Origin: Flaccisagitta enflata
Lineage: Eukaryota
NCBI GenBank assembly: GCA_965153355.1
Contig: OZ231126.1
Span: forward strand, 26,350,001 to 26,414,000
Direction of reading: 5' to 3'
Length of the DNA stretch: 64,000 nt
This document shows positions 14,631 through 41,943 of the stretch, piece after piece (the first letter of the stretch is position 1; each line of letters starts with the position of its first letter). The notes under the pieces were generated by a model, which was not told where the DNA came from, made no database searches, and worked only from the letters and a program-made list of their open reading frames with translations. The position numbers and the translations under genes were made by a program.

Positions 14631-15664
14631 TATAACAAGCCATTGAAGACATTACAGAAATGACCTTTACGAATTACGTCTGTAATCTTGTTCAACATGA
14701 AAGAGTGAAGAGTTGATGCAACTATGTAAAACATCTACAATAAAGTAAACAGAATAGATAAAGAGACAAATTGACAATAAATGGTTCTACCGAAAAAAAG
14801 CGACCTGAAAAGAAAACAAAAAAAAACAGAAAGAAGCGGGCGCAAGGATGGGAAATAGACAAACAAGACAGTCAAAATCGAAACGCACAGACAAAGACAA
14901 GTGGAGAAGAAGAAGGGAAAAAAAGACACCGCGAAAAAAGAGGAAGCAAAAAGAATCCACATTGAAGCAGAAATCACAACTAAGATATCAGCGGGATTAA
15001 AGACAGGCGGGGAATTCCTGCGGTTTGCCTCAGAGGCGCAGGCAAGAACCAAAACGGGAAAGGTAAGGGGGTAAGGTAGGGAAGATGGGGTGAGGCCCTG
15101 GTAAGATGAAGCGAAACCTACGTGGTGGGTTTCGGGGGGGGGGGGGGCGGGTAGGGAAGATGGGGTGCAGCCCTGGTAAAACAAGGAAATCCAACGTGGT
15201 GGGTGGGGGTAAGAGCGTTGGAAGTAAGGAGAATGAAATGAGGCACTAGCGATGGTAAAGGGTTTGGTACAGTAATAGGAAGGAGCTTGGGCAAAAACTG
15301 AAAAGGAGAAATGTATAGACGGGATTGAAGATGAGAATGTCGGGGGTTCTGGGTCTGGTAAAGAGCAAGGGGATCTAGGATAGGGTGGGGAAAGGAAATG
15401 AAGGAAAAGGGAAAGTTTTGAAGCCGCGTAGTTCACTAGCGAGTAAAGCAGGAGATGAAAAAAGAGACACGGAAGTCAGGCAGTTTTCAGGGGAAGTGGG
15501 GTTAGAAGGATGGTTATCTCAGTATTCCACGGTGGGGATTATAAATGGAGTGCAAACAGACGAAACGAGGCCGCTCATGTTTCCCGTTTGGAGGGGGAAC
15601 TGCGGTGGAAAGATGTAATGCATGATATGGAAAAATATCGAATACATGGAAGATTTGAGAGAAT

Positions 15665-15703
<39 letters not shown>

Positions 15704-16748
15704 ACAGATAGAGTCAATGCATATCGCAAAAACCTACGATCAAACTTTGGGGGAATCAAGATTTCGGAAAGCATGCATAAATAGGGAAGATGCTTTGAGG
15801 GGAGGAGAGTTTCTTGCAGGGAAGTTAGTTGCAGCAAGATTGAGTGTCTCGAATGGCGCAATAACTGAACATCAATTCCGTGATTCGGTCCATTGGTCAG
15901 TCTTGAAGACCTTCTGTCGGTTTTAGACATGGTAGGGATTTTCCTAGTCTGCCTTGGGATACTCAATTTCGCAGATAAAAGGAAAGATAGGAGAAAAAAA
16001 GAGGAAGAAGAAGAAATGGAAAAGAATTGTTGGCGATTGACAAGAAAATAAGAAGAAGACGAAAACTCATTTCAGGAGGATTTCCGTTGAAACTTTCGGC
16101 TGCGATGTTGAGCTGATATCTGCCGGAATTCGCCGGAATTTGCCGGATTTGCCCGCAATCCGTGAGAGAGTGCAAAATCAAGCCTCTTCTCTCTTTTTTT
16201 GCTTAAACATTCAGTCGCCCCCCTTCCCACTTTATCACCTACCTCCTTCACTTCATCTTTTTCTCCATACGGTCGATACAGCGACACTTCCCCCCTCCCC
16301 CACTCTTTACATATTTTGCACCCTAGCTAAGCACCATTCCACGCATTCGGTCAAACGGCCCAAATCCCAGCCCACCATGTGCTCTGTGCTCTTATTTTTG
16401 AGCCATCAAGTCTTTATTGTGGTTTGGTATGGTAAGTTGGTGAAAAACCATACCCTCGTCCTTGTACTTTTTACCCTCCCCTTGAAGAATTTTATCCAAT
16501 TTTACCCAATTCTTTTCAATGGCCTCATGCCGCCTCTTGATTCCACCCAATTCCTTGACATTCTTTTCCCAAAGCCCCCTATTCGAGTCAACTATCATCT
16601 CACAGGCCTATCTCATCCCCGGGTACGATCGCTTCTTTCATTTGAGGAGAAATTTTATTTTCCAACAAATCAAAAAAATTACAAGCTGATGCATTGGAGT
16701 CGAAGGGGGGTAGCAGGGGGAGGTATTGTCCCCTGCCATATGTGTGTA

Positions 16749-16805
<57 letters not shown>

Positions 16806-17541
16806 AGAAAAGCATGCCAATCTCTGATAAATCCTCGGCCTTTCTTTTCTGTCGCGATTTCTTTGGAAACCTCCATACATATCACAAAGCAAAATAATGG
16901 CTTCAGATCGACTCGTTTTCCCTTCCCTCTTTTGACTGAACTAGTCAATGACGACTTACTTTGGTAAATTTTTCTTGTGTTATACCATTCATCTTTATTC
17001 GAAAAGCTTTGATGAATTATGTGTGCTATAGGCTGTTTTAAAACAGCTAAGATCTCAACCAAGCATCTTTATGTATGCAACTACATTTTATACCGTAAAC
17101 CATTTCCACGGTTGATGATTTCTCTAAGCAACAATAGAAAACAACACCAAAATCGTCAATTTTTTTCTCGTTTTAATACAATTTGTTCTCATGTCATATG
17201 AAAACAATTCACGTTCGCATTGTTATAACGCTATGAGCAACATGACAATTTAAAATATGGAGTACACAGGGTCTCTCTTTCTCTCTATTCTTTACCACTT
17301 ATCTTCTTCAACTCTTCATTTCGCTATCATCTGATACAAATTTGGAAAAAAAAACATTGCATACTTCATGATGATGATTGAATAAATTGATTTTGTTGAA
17401 AGTTAGTATTTCTAACGCAATTACGTATTGAATATATAACGTACTATTTCACTAATGTTTTCTTCCCCCTCTTTCGTAAATTCAAAACGAGGTTTATTAA
17501 ACGAAATTGATCATTGTTTCGCTGCATTTTGGTAACGATTC

Positions 17542-26228
<8,687 letters not shown>

Positions 26229-26619
26229 GATGCTCCTACACGCCAAACCTCTTCGCGTTTCCCGTCAATCTGGTGGATCGATGGTTGTAATAAGCTAATA
26301 ATTCAACAATGAACGAATATGAAATTACTTCTTTTCTGATTAGAAATGCCTTCTTAGTCGTTTTACCATTGTCTTTCTTTTTCCTTATACTCGAGAAGAC
26401 GGCAGAACAGTGCGTTTGTCGATCTAACACTCTACTCTACACAATAATCAACACCTAAGAGCCGACTTTGATATCAAGTGTTGTTGTTGCTGTTGCTGTT
26501 GCTGTTGCAGTAATTCTGCTTACCTCTTCAGCTTTTGGCGTTGAGTGCTTCTTCGAAATGAGGCTCCGTCTGCCTGCTTGACCTGACTCAGGCTTGGGTC
26601 ACCCAACCACTCAAATGAA

Positions 26620-26660
<41 letters not shown>

Positions 26661-27279
26661 GTTTATGCAATGGCAGTAATCTCGGCTGAGTTGTTTGTTT
26701 GAGCGCATAGGAGATGGAAAAGCAGAAGAGCCGAGAAACAAAGTGCAAAAATTTCTTCTTCAAACAAAAAAAAAACACAGTTAGGATTGAACTTCTTGCA
26801 TGCAGTCAATGTTAATCGTTATTGGTCAATGCTGCACTGGTAGCCGTTTAAGCGAGTCAGGCTATGATGGGGTAAAGTGGGCCCCCAAGGTCGAACAAAG
26901 CCCTTCATTACGAGAATAATATCAGCAAATACGACGCAGTAGTGTAGTGTAGTGTATCTATTTCATGATGAATATGAATATTGGACATGAATGTTCTACT
27001 AACGAAATGCCACAACCGGGTGCTGCAGTTAGTGTTGGTACCGCAGACGTTGACGTGCGTGGGTACCGTCAATAGTGTGACACTTGGGTACCGTTGACGC
27101 TCTGGTTGACGCTGTCATGCATGAGCGATTCTAAACACTCTTTCACGCGCGCACGTAAAAATGCGCCACGAAAAGCGACGGAATTTTAAAAGAGAATTGA
27201 GAATATTGAATCGAGGACAAAATTGAAGACTGAAGCTTTTTGAAAATCCGCTGGTCTCAGGGGTAAAAAAAGCAGAGGC

Positions 27280-27310
<31 letters not shown>

Positions 27311-27939
27311 GACGCGGGGTCACAATATCGTTGCGGACGGGTGGGCAGGGGCAGCCAACCCCCATCCACACCCAATGCCCCACCCAATCCCCCTTCCAAC
27401 ACAGACGCATACACAAAAAGCTTCTAAAATGCTAGTTATCCCCCTTTTCGACTCTTGCTCACCAACGGACGGACGGACGGACGGACGGACGGACGGGCGG
27501 ATGGACGGACAGACTGACGGACGGACGGACAGAAGGACGGAGGTACGGATGGACGGACGGACGGACGGACGGACGGACGGACGGACGGACGGACGGACGG
27601 ACGGACGGACGGACGGACGGACGGACAGACAAAGTGTTTCCGCAACTAAAAAGGAAGGTAAAATAAATAATGGTGCGCAGGATGTGAGTGTGTCAGAAAC
27701 AGAAAGCCATGTTGCAGATTGGTTCGTCAAACAGTATCGTACTACATACCTAATGGAAACGCATTACTCATGGAACAAAGCACGATTGTCAATATGGTAT
27801 GTTGCTGCATGGAACGCGAATGTCTCATGATACATGTACGATGAAAAGTTTACGCACCAAACATGCCCATGATAACTGGCTATGTTGCCTCGGCTGGTGG
27901 ACTCGGATGAACTGAGTCAGCATGGATTTAACGTATTGA

Positions 27940-28232
27940 CGTGTGAAGATTGCAGAAGGGGAGCAGGTAGAGAATTTGATGAAGGGTGAAGGTTGCAGAG
28001 AGGGAGCAGGAAGAGAGTTTGATGAAGGGTGAAGGTTGCAGAAGGGGAGTACGTAGAAAATTTGATGAAGGCTGAAGGTTGCAGAGAGGGAGCAGGAAGA
28101 GAATTTGAAGAAGGGTGAAGGTTGCAGAGAGGGAGCAGGAAGAGAATTTCTTGAAGGGTGAAGGTTGAAGAGGGGGAGCAGGTAGAGAATTTGATGAAGG
28201 GTGGAGGTTGCAGAGGAGGAGCAGGTAGGACA
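27940..28232 (+). repeat. 43-bp minisatellite array
   Basis: Unit gaagggtgaaggttgcagagggggagcaggtagagaatttgat, about 6-7 copies. Confidence 0.9.
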
Positions 28233-28754
28233 CGATGAAAATTATCGTGACAGTTCAGTTTCACGAAGGGTAAAAAATTTTTAATTTTTTTCCAAGAAAC
28301 AATGGATTCATATGATAGTCTATATTTTTTTATGTGGGTAGCAGAAAAATTTAATGCAAAATCTCAAAAATTTAAAAAGTTACAGCTATTTTCCTCTTAA
28401 AAAAACTATTTTTCATTTCTACACATTTTTAGATATTTCACTAAAAAAATAAAGACTACGTTTTTCAAAACCATGTTATATTTATTCAGCAGTGTATTAT
28501 TCAATATCAAGAATATAAAACTCAAAAAATTTTGAGATTTTTAAAGATTTTTTTCAATTATTTTGCCAAAAAATGTTATTTTTTGATTTTTTTTTTCATT
28601 TGGAATATTTCAATAGCCTTTTAAATCCAGACAAATATGAAATAAAGGTAAAACAAATAAATTGATAAACAAATGTACAACTTTTAACTAATTCAAAAAT
28701 ATTATAACGTACCATAAAGGCTCTCGCCGACCCGGAAAAATCGTAAAGCTGTTT

Positions 28755-28786
<32 letters not shown>

Positions 28787-31073
28787 GATTACTGCTGTCT
28801 CTCTCTGTCTCCCTCCGTGCTCCCTCCTCTCTCCTTCCCTCCCCTCCCTCTCTCCCTCCCTCTCCTCTCTCCCTCCCCCCTCTCTCCCTCCCTTCACTCC
28901 CTCCCTCACCTCCCCTCCTCTCTCCCCTCCTCTCCCTCCTCTCACTCCTCCCTCTCCCTCCTCTCCCTCCCCTCTCCCTCCTCCCTCTCTCTCTCCCTTT
29001 CCCTCCCCTCCACCCTCTCTCTCCCTCTCCCTCACTCAATCTCTCCCTCCCTACCCCTCCCTCCCTCTCTCTCCTCCTCTCCTTTCCCCTCCCCTAACCT
29101 TCCCTCTCTCTCCCCTCTCCCCTCTCTCTCCTTCCCTCCCTCCCTCCTCTCTCCCTCTCCCTCCCTCCCTCCCTTTCCCTCCTCCCCTCCCCCTCTCCCA
29201 CCCTCCCTTACTCCTTTTCCCTCCCTCCCTCCCTCCCTCTCTTTCCCTCCTCTCCTCCTCCTCTCCCTCCTCTCTCCCTCCCCCTCCCTCTCCCTCCCTC
29301 CCTCTGCCCTCTGCTGAACTCATTTTTATAGTTATTTAGGGGTCAAAATTGAGATCGATGAAAAATATCGATCTCTGAGAAATATGCGAAAAATGTGAAA
29401 AAATAAAAAAAGATTAAAAAATTCATAGCGCCTAAAGTATTGATCCGACAGTGCCCTGCTTTTTTCCAGAAGGTGTAAAAAAGTGCCCTCTTTCACCCTG
29501 TACCAATTTCAACCCCAGCCTCGGGCGAGCCTAGTCGTGACTCAACTTCCTCAAAACATCTCAAGCGAAAATGGGAAAAATTAATTCCTAAGCGAAACTC
29601 AAAAAATCGAAAAACGTTTTTCGATTTTTTTCCCAATTAAAGCAAAGAGATAATAGAAAACAGCAAGAAAAACCTCATTTTTTACGATAGATTAGCTTTT
29701 CAAGTTCAAATATTTTCTGACAACTGGAAAATAAATCATTGTATCTTAGATTAATAAGGATACATGTATATATGCATTCTACAACTATTCTAAAGATTTA
29801 GTGAAAATTGGTCTCCAATTTTCTTTCACTTTTTTCAACTTGTCATAAATCTACCTGACAAAGTTTTTCTTGACCAGCGTTTAACCTAATTGCACTTTTA
29901 AATTTTAATCCAACATTCTCTTTCCCTACAGTTTGAAAGATTGACATCAACAGCGGCTAGAGTGGGGCTAGTCACAGAGGGAGGGGGGGGGGGGGGCAAG
30001 GGCATTTACAGACCTATTTCCACCGGTTTTCGGCAAATGTTATAGAAGACAACCATTTTTTAAAAGTAACTGACTGACCGACCCACTGACAAAAGACACC
30101 AACAAACGTAACCAAATGAAAAAAAAAAAAAAAAACAGTTGCGGACGGATGGGCAGGGGCGGAAATGCGCGTTTTCACACTTATTGACTCAATCATTACC
30201 GACGGACGGACCGACGGACGGACAAAGCCTCTTGCGTGTCCGCAACTAAAAAAGACACATCAAGAGACCAATAAAGCGAGTGAATCAAGAGACCAATAAA
30301 GAGACCAATTAAGAGACCAATCAAGAGACCAATCAAGGAACCAATCGAGTGACCAATCAAGTAAAGACATGCATTTGCGCAACTGCGAAATTAACCAACA
30401 AATTATGAATATACTTAACAAGGCCGGATACACGGCCACCAGTTGCGGACAGATCGGCAGGGGCGGAAATGCGCGTTTTTCCACTTTTCGACTCGTGCTC
30501 ACCGACGGACGGACGGACGGACGGACAAAGCCTCTTATAGAGTTGCGTGTCCGCAACTAAAAACTTAATCTTTGAGCAACAATAAATAAGCATGCAATAA
30601 ATTGCGAATAGATACAAAGAACACGATAAATAAACAACACACGTGTCCGCAACTAGAAAAGACACATTTACTGCTCACCCATCCGCAATTTAGATTTTCT
30701 TGTATCCAGTCATTTTTAAGAGGTCATGTCCATCTGTCAGTCTGTTGGTTGGTTGGTTGGTCACGCAAACGTTTAGAATGTGAAAAACGGCTGATTCCGA
30801 CATATTTCTTCATTCCTATCACATATCATGCCTCACTACATTCATTCATTCATTCATTCATTCATTTATTCATTCATTCATTCGTCAAAAACGTTCATTC
30901 ACAAATTCTTATTCAAGCTAGGCGCGCTTATTGGCCATAACTTGGCCTCGTTTTTATACATTCTCTTTTTTCTCCTCCTTTTCTTTCTTTCTTTCTATCT
31001 TTCTTTCTTTTTTTTTTTCTTTCTTTCTTTCTATGTTTCTTTCTTTCTTTTTTTTTTCTCTCTTTTCTCCTCC

Positions 31074-31525
31074 TTTTGGGCAGCGGCCCCGAAGGGGTCG
31101 ATGACTTATGCTTTCACACAGGGGAATTTTCTCCTCCTCCTCCTCCTTCTCCGTACCCCCCCCCCCCACCTCCAGGCTCATATCTCAGCCTTGAAGCCCA
31201 TATCCCAGCCTTGAGGCCCAAATCCCAGTCTTGAGGTCCAAATCCCAACCTCAAGACCCAAATCCCATCTTATAGCCAAAATCCTATCTTTGAGGCCTAA
31301 GCCTGGGATTTGGGCCTCAGAATGGGATTTGGGCCTCAGAATGGGATTTGGGCCTCGAGCTGGATACTTCAAGGCTGAGATATGAACCTGAGCAGAGAGG
31401 AGGAGAAAATTCCCCTGTGTGAAGCAAATCGACCCCTTCGGGACCGCTGCCTCTCCCTCAACTTCAACCACAACTTACTAAGGCAGAGCACGGGTACCGC
31501 TGACCATCTTACGCTTTTGCGACTT
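31074..31525 (-). mobile_element. HINE-like element related to family 1
   Basis: ttttgggcagcggccccgaagggg ... inverted gaccccttcggggaccgctgcc ... gggtaccgctgaccat; internal ~21-bp repeat. Confidence 0.6.
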
Positions 31526-31565
31526 TTCTTTTTTCTTTTTTTCTTTCTTTTTTTCTTTCTATTTT

Positions 31566-31628
<63 letters not shown>

Positions 31629-31631
31629 CGT

Positions 31632-31723
<92 letters not shown>

Positions 31724-31796
31724 TTTTTCTTTCTTTCTTTCTCTCTTTCCTTCTTTCTTTCTTTATTCTTCTTTCTTTCTTTTTTTCTTTTCTTTG

Positions 31797-31827
<31 letters not shown>

Positions 31828-32281
31828 TTTCTTTCTTTCTTTCTTTTTCGTTCTTTTCGTTCTTTCGTTCTTTCTTTCTTTTTCATCTTTCTCTCTTTCT
31901 TTCTTTCTTTCTTGCTTTTTTTCTATCTTTTTTTCTTTCTTTCCCTCTTCCTTTCTTTCTTTCTCTTTCTTTCTTTCTGTCTTTCTTTTTTTCTTTCTTT
32001 CTCTCTTTCTTTTTTTCTTTTTTCTCTCTTTCTTTCTCTCTTTCTTTCTCTCTTTCTTTCTCTCTTTTTTTCTCTCTTTCTTTCTCTCTTTCTTTCTCTC
32101 TTTCTTTCTCTCTTTCTTTCTCTCTTTTTTTTCTTACATTTTTACTTTCTTTTTTCTGTCTTTCTGTCTTTCTTTCTTGCTTTCTTACCTTCTTTCGTTC
32201 TTTCTTTCTTTTTTTCCTTCTTTCTTTTTTTGTTGTTTGTTTGTTTGTTTGTTTGTTTGTTTGTTTGTTTGTTTGTTTGTT

Positions 32282-32321
<40 letters not shown>

Positions 32322-32341
32322 TTTTTTTTTCTTTCTTTCTC
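31525..32341. repeat. Long degenerate (TTTC)n/(TTTG)n microsatellite field
   Basis: Direct inspection. Confidence 0.95.
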
Positions 32342-33519
32342 TCTAGTCTTATAGAGGCTATTTCGTTGGAAAGTATGTCCATTTATGTCAAATCAAACGT
32401 TTTCTACATTCGTGCTCCTGTCCTGTCTCCACACAGCCCCCGCCTACCCAATTACTACCCCTACCCATCTGCATTACTGCCACTGACCACCCACAGGTGA
32501 TAACTCTTCGGTCGGGTATCAGGTCTTGTCTTTTTAGGTGCGACCAAGCACCTCTATAACTGGCTCGGTCCTTTGGTTGGTTGGTTGGCCAGTCAGTTGG
32601 TCGGTCGGTCGGTCTGTCGGTATGGCATTCATCCGACAATCCACACGTTGCACCTTATTGACCTACTTGGCCTTGTTAATCTCATTTGATCATTTTTCCA
32701 TCTCCTTCCCTATTGTGACAATTTGCCAATTTTGTCGAGCTCAAAATTAACGAGAACCATCTGAGCGCGGAATAACAAATTTGCATGGAAAATGAAAAAA
32801 ATGAAAAAACAAAAACATCAGACATTTCTAAAAAACATTATTTAAGGTCTGATGTTTTCAGAAATGCAAAATCTTCATCCGCGGTGGAGATTTGTTATTC
32901 CGCGGTTTGGAAATGTTTTTTTCGAAAATGGCCAATGAGCCTGTTTAAATTTGAAAAATTTACAAAATCGATACTTATTATTGGCCAAATGTTATGAAAT
33001 TTGGTATGCAAGTAGGTTAATGTTCTCTCCAGCCACAGTAGATATTTCATCCCTTAACTCCGACAGTAAGTGCCATTAACAAAAAAAAAAAGAAACCGAG
33101 CTGTCATTTTTTTAAAGTTCTCTTTGTAACCTGACATGTTTTACAACATATTTATAAAGGACTAGGAAAATAAAGAATTTGCTTGGCAGAAATTTTTCAT
33201 AGTCGTACCAAATGGGTTTAAGCTGACCTGTAAAAAAAAAAAAGACCATTCGACTCCAACTGTGTAGTAGATATTATCAAGTAGTTGGTGCATGAAAATG
33301 AGTGTCAGGTGATTTTGTTTTTTTGCATAGGAATTTTGTTCTTTTATTAACATATCCACTATATAGAACCCTACACTAATGATTGGTTTTCAATTGAATA
33401 TCATCGGGGCGTGTGATACACACGTCAAAACAGTTTTGAGTCCAAATTGGGCGATTTGATGCATTAAGATATGCTGGAAACATACTGAAATTTAAGTGTT
33501 TTAAATCGGTTCATCCTGT

Positions 33520-34232
33520 CGTAGAGAGTTTGTTGAAGGGTGAAGGTTGCAGAGGGGGAGTGGGTAGAGAATTTGTTGAAGGGTGAAGGTTGCAGAGGGG
33601 GAGCAGGTAGAGAATTTGATGAAGGGTGAAGGTTACAGAGGGGGGAGCAGGTAGAGAATGTGATAAAGGTGGAAGGTTGCAGAGGGGGAGCAGGTAGAGA
33701 ATGCAATGAAGGGTGATGTTTGCAGAGGGGGAGCAGGTAGAAAATTTGATTAAGGGTGAAGATTGCAAAAGCAGAGCAGGTAGAGAATTCAATGAAGGGT
33801 GTAGGTTGCAGAGGGGGAGTAGGTAGAGAATTTGCTGAAGGGTGAATGTTGCAGAGGGGGAGAAGGTAGAGAGTTTGATGAAGGGTGAAGGTTGCAGAGG
33901 AGTAGGTAGAGAGTTTGTTGAAGGGTGAAGGTTGCAGAAGGGGAGCAGGTAGGAAATGTGATGAAGGGTGAAAGTTGCAGAGGGGGAGTAGGTAGAGAAT
34001 TTGTTGAAGGGTGAAGGTTGCAGAGGGGGAGCAGGTAGAGAGTTTGATGAAGGGTGGAGGTTGCAGTGGAGGAGCAGGTAGGGAATGTGATGAAGGATGA
34101 AAGTTGCAGAGGGGGAGCAGGTAGAGAATGCAATGAAGGGGGAAGGTTGCAGAGGGGGAGCAGGTAGAGATTGCGATGAAGGGTGAAGGTTGCAGAGGGG
34201 GAGCAAGTAGAGAATCCGATAAAGGGTGAAGG
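33520..34232 (+). repeat. 43-bp minisatellite array (same unit as 27940-28232)
   Basis: About 16 diverged copies at 43-bp spacing (gaaggg at 33535, 33578 ...). Confidence 0.92.
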
Positions 34233-34447
34233 GGTGGTATGGAAAAGATGAATCAAAGGTCCATTTAGGATTGATTCTGCAGAGGCAGGAGATTCTCTTA
34301 GTTCATTTCTGATCTTTCTTGTCGGTCCATCTGTCCGACTGCCTTTAACCTTCCTGTCTGTTTCTCGTCTATTGGTCTATTTGACACTCGCTTTGTATTG
34401 TAACAACACAGCAGAGACGATTTATTTGTGGAGAAAATTCCGCTTCT

Positions 34448-34922
34448 TTTTTGGGCAGCGGCCCCAAAGAATGGATGTCCTGTAGGACATCTGTCTGTCC
34501 ATACATCCCCCCCTAAAGCTTCTCAAACCTAATATTCCCATTGAATAACATGGGATATTGACAAAATGCAAATTTCCCATTGAATAATATAGAAAATTTA
34601 TGAAAAAGCAAAAAAATGTATGTTTCCCATTGATTGATGTTGAAAATCGATGAAAACTGAGAAAAATGTAAAATTCCCATCGAATAACATGGCAAATTGA
34701 TGAGAAATTGAAAAAAAAATATCAATTTCCCATTGAATATCATGTAATATTGCTACTAAGGTCTCATATATGCCCTCTCAGGACATATGGAAATTCATCC
34801 CTGTGTCCTACAGGACATTGGCCCTTTGAGGCTGCTGCCCTGCTCTCACTCCACTTCTTCAGCTTATAACTCCCAGCAGGGCATCGGGTACCGCTGACCA
34901 TGTGCGCACCTTGGATGACTTG
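34448..34922 (-). mobile_element. HINE-like element, family 1 (reverse orientation)
   Basis: Ends with ggcatcgggtaccgctgaccatgtgcgcaccttggatgact, the reverse complement of the family 1 start. Same inverted repeat, different internal repeat. Confidence 0.65.
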
Positions 34923-36188
34923 TTAACCATTGATGCGGGGTCACAATAGCGTTATGGACTGGTGGGTTGGAGCGCACAACATCCACACCTTCCCCCATCC
35001 TCACACACTCACACACAATTTTACACAAAAGCATTATCTCGAATGCGTGTTTTTACACTTTCCGACTCACACACCACGGACCAACAGATGCACGGAAAAA
35101 GCTTCTTACAGAGTTGCGCGTCCACAACTAAAACTTATCATCCTCTTGTGCCAACAAATCACATTTGTTGAATTTAGGTTACATTGGTAACAACCATTTG
35201 CACTTTTCTATGAAAGTTGGACAACATTACTACTCCACACTATGTTCTATGTTTTCTTTGTCTCAGTTTTGTTAAATGGAAAACTAGGCGTGATGTGCAT
35301 AGTATCTAGTCAGTGAGTACTCACAAGGCCCTCTTCCGTATATTTCAGTTAAGGTACAGCGAGGGATACTGTTCTACTTGTCGTATCTATTGTTCATAAA
35401 CCCTACAGATCACATGGTGATACACTTGGCGATGATACAAAGCGAAGTTGGTTGGGAGACGAATGAAGCGTGGAACAAAGTCCCACATGATTCAGACTTG
35501 GTTGAGGGAGGAGGAGAACATCGGCGATGGCGGCGGCAACAGCGGCAGCAACAGCGGTGGTGGCGGCAACAGCGGCGATGGCGGCGGCAACAGGATAGTG
35601 GCCAAAGCAGGTAGTAGTGGAAGTGGCGGCGGCAGTGGTGAGAGTGAGAATGACAGCGGTGAGAGAAGAGGAGATTGTCGCGGTGACAGAGGTGACAATA
35701 AAAGTGGTTGCGGCGGAGGAGTTGGTAGTAAAATGGAAGTGGTTGCTGAAACGGTGGTTTTGGCAGAGATGGTGGTTTTGGTAAAGATGATGGTGGTGGC
35801 AGAGATGGTAATTATGTCAGACATGGCAGTGCTGGCAGAGGGTGGAAATGGTGGCCAAGATGACGTTGGTGGCAGTGATGTAAGAGGTGGCAGAGATAAT
35901 ATTTGGGGCATAGATGGTGGTGGTAGTGGCTGCGATGGTAGGGATGGCAGAGATAATAGTGGTGGCGTAGATGGGGGTGGTAGTGGAGATTGCAGTGGTG
36001 TTGGCAGTGGTGTTGGCAGTGGAGGTGGCGCTGGTGGCGTTGACGGCGAAGGCAAAGGCGGCGATACTCGGCTTCTTCTCCTTCCTTTGCTCGTGAGAGG
36101 GCGTGGCAGCGAAAGGGGCGTTGCCGTGCACCGAGCGGAGAAGGAACAAGGCATGTGTGCGGGCGCACAAACGCACGCTCGCACGCTT

Positions 36189-36240
<52 letters not shown>

Positions 36241-36591
36241 GGTGCATGAATGCACACGCGCTTGCGAATGAACCTGTGTGCATCACCAATTGCATGTGGC
36301 ATGTGGCATCCTAAATTACGCCACGGGCCTGATCAACAAATCTCATTCAATTTGACAGTTTGTTTTTTTTAACATTCGCTAAAAGAGGGAGAGAGAAACT
36401 GCGAACTTGACGACTGGGCGCTCCTGTCTGTTTTCTTCTTTTTTTTCTGTCGCGTTGTCTCCGTCTCTATTAGCTTGTACCGAAATGACAATAAACAATA
36501 AAATCAGAATTCCACAAGTAGTTCTTGTTGTGGAGCTGTCTTGGGCTTCTAATGACATCAATTTAAGTTTGAAAATTTTGCATCTTACTGG

Positions 36592-36994
36592 CCGCACCTT
36601 ACCTTGAAATTTCCTTTAGCCTATAGGAAAAAAAAAAATTCAAGTTACTAAAATCCCATTTTTGACTGCATATTTGAAATCTGCATGAAAAACTGATAAT
36701 TGAAAGTGCTCTTCTTTTTTCAAAATTCCTTCGGGATCATAGTCAAAATTCATTTTAAAGATATGAAAAAAAGGTAAGTTTGGCGATTTTACAAAGAAAT
36801 AAAAGAGAAAGGTAAGTTTTGCAAACTTCGACGCTTATTTTGAGCACCTTCTAGTTGGAATATTGAAAAAAGGAAAGCACTTTCAATAAACAGTTTTTTC
36901 TGCAGATTTCAAATCTGCAGTCAAAACAGAGATTTAAGCACTTTGAAATTTTTGGTTCCCCATAGAGGTAGGTTTTACCAAGGGTAAGACGCGG
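36592..36994. mobile_element. Palindromic MITE-like element
   Basis: ttttgactgcatatttgaaatctgcatgaaaaactg versus cagttttttctgcagatttcaaatctgcagtcaaaa; outer cttaccttg / caagggtaag. Confidence 0.6.
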
Positions 36995-37254
36995 AAAGCT
37001 TAAAGAAGGATTTGAGTGGCAAAACTGATCTTAACAGGAGCCCAAGACAGCCCCACAGCATAAAGTGCATGTGGAATGCCAAATTTATCACTTTCCGTCA
37101 TTTAGGTACGAGCTAGTCTCTATACTATATCAACGGTTGTCTATTTATCTCTCTGTTCACTTTTTTTTTGTTTCCCTCTTTCTTTCTACTTCGGTTTTGT
37201 TCTTTTTTTTCTGTTTCTCACTTGTTCTCCATCTGTATCTATTTATGACACACA

Positions 37255-37333
<79 letters not shown>

Positions 37334-38103
37334 AAAACACACAATCATGCACAACGTCAACGAAAAAAAGGCCATTTTCAAAATGTTTCATTTCTTTTAA
37401 TAATGAAAAATTCAAAATCAAATCTTTCAAGCCCGAAGAAAAAAGATTACACATATAAACAAAAAATAGAATTTGCACGCCATGTAATCAGATGAGGCGG
37501 TTGTTGCACGCTGCATATTGATTGACACAAAAGTGTGTTCTCTTGCTGGCATTCTCATATCAATCTGTAAACGGATAACAAAGAAAGGTTTCTTTTGTTT
37601 GATAATTATCAACTTTGGATTTGGATGAATAAGACAGTGAAATAATGATTAAAAAAATAAAGATATCTTTTATGACTTTTTTGAGTATGCCACATACTGA
37701 TTGGTAGATTTAGATTAATTTTCGATAACAGTAAGAGGAAGAAAAAGGCACCGTGTTTTAGTCATGGTGACATTTTATGTACATGAGTCATAAAGATTCT
37801 TCATAAGCGTATGATGACGTTCAACTCTCAACAGGAAACATCAATTGACTTTAGTATAACTACAAGTTAGCCACAGCAAACTAAAACGTGAAATTAGCGA
37901 TGATTGAATAAAATATTTTGAGTAAGATTGATGCAAATCATTGTTGAAATGAACAAATAAACAAATAAAAGGAAAATTGTATCCCAAACCATCGTTTTAT
38001 CCTAAACCATTGTTTATCCCAAATCATCGTTTAAATGATTAATTGAAGGAATGAAATGAACAAATTTTATTCCATGCCATCCTTCTCACTAAGACGTCAA
38101 ACG

Positions 38104-41943
<3,840 letters not shown>

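Noticed and set aside
14900-16700. Possible decayed LINE fragments (LQETLL on minus strand; 275-aa ORF at 16140)
   Set aside because: Only a short motif resemblance; no continuous endonuclease or RT motifs that I can support.
33464-34256. Repetitive ORFs and a superficially CRISPR-like periodic array
   Set aside because: Contiguous 43-bp minisatellite with no unique spacers, in eukaryotic context.
35448-36314. 288-aa Gly-rich ORF (and Pro-rich antisense ORF)
   Set aside because: Degenerate GGC/GGT low-complexity tract running into (CA)n; no ATG start and no recognisable domain.
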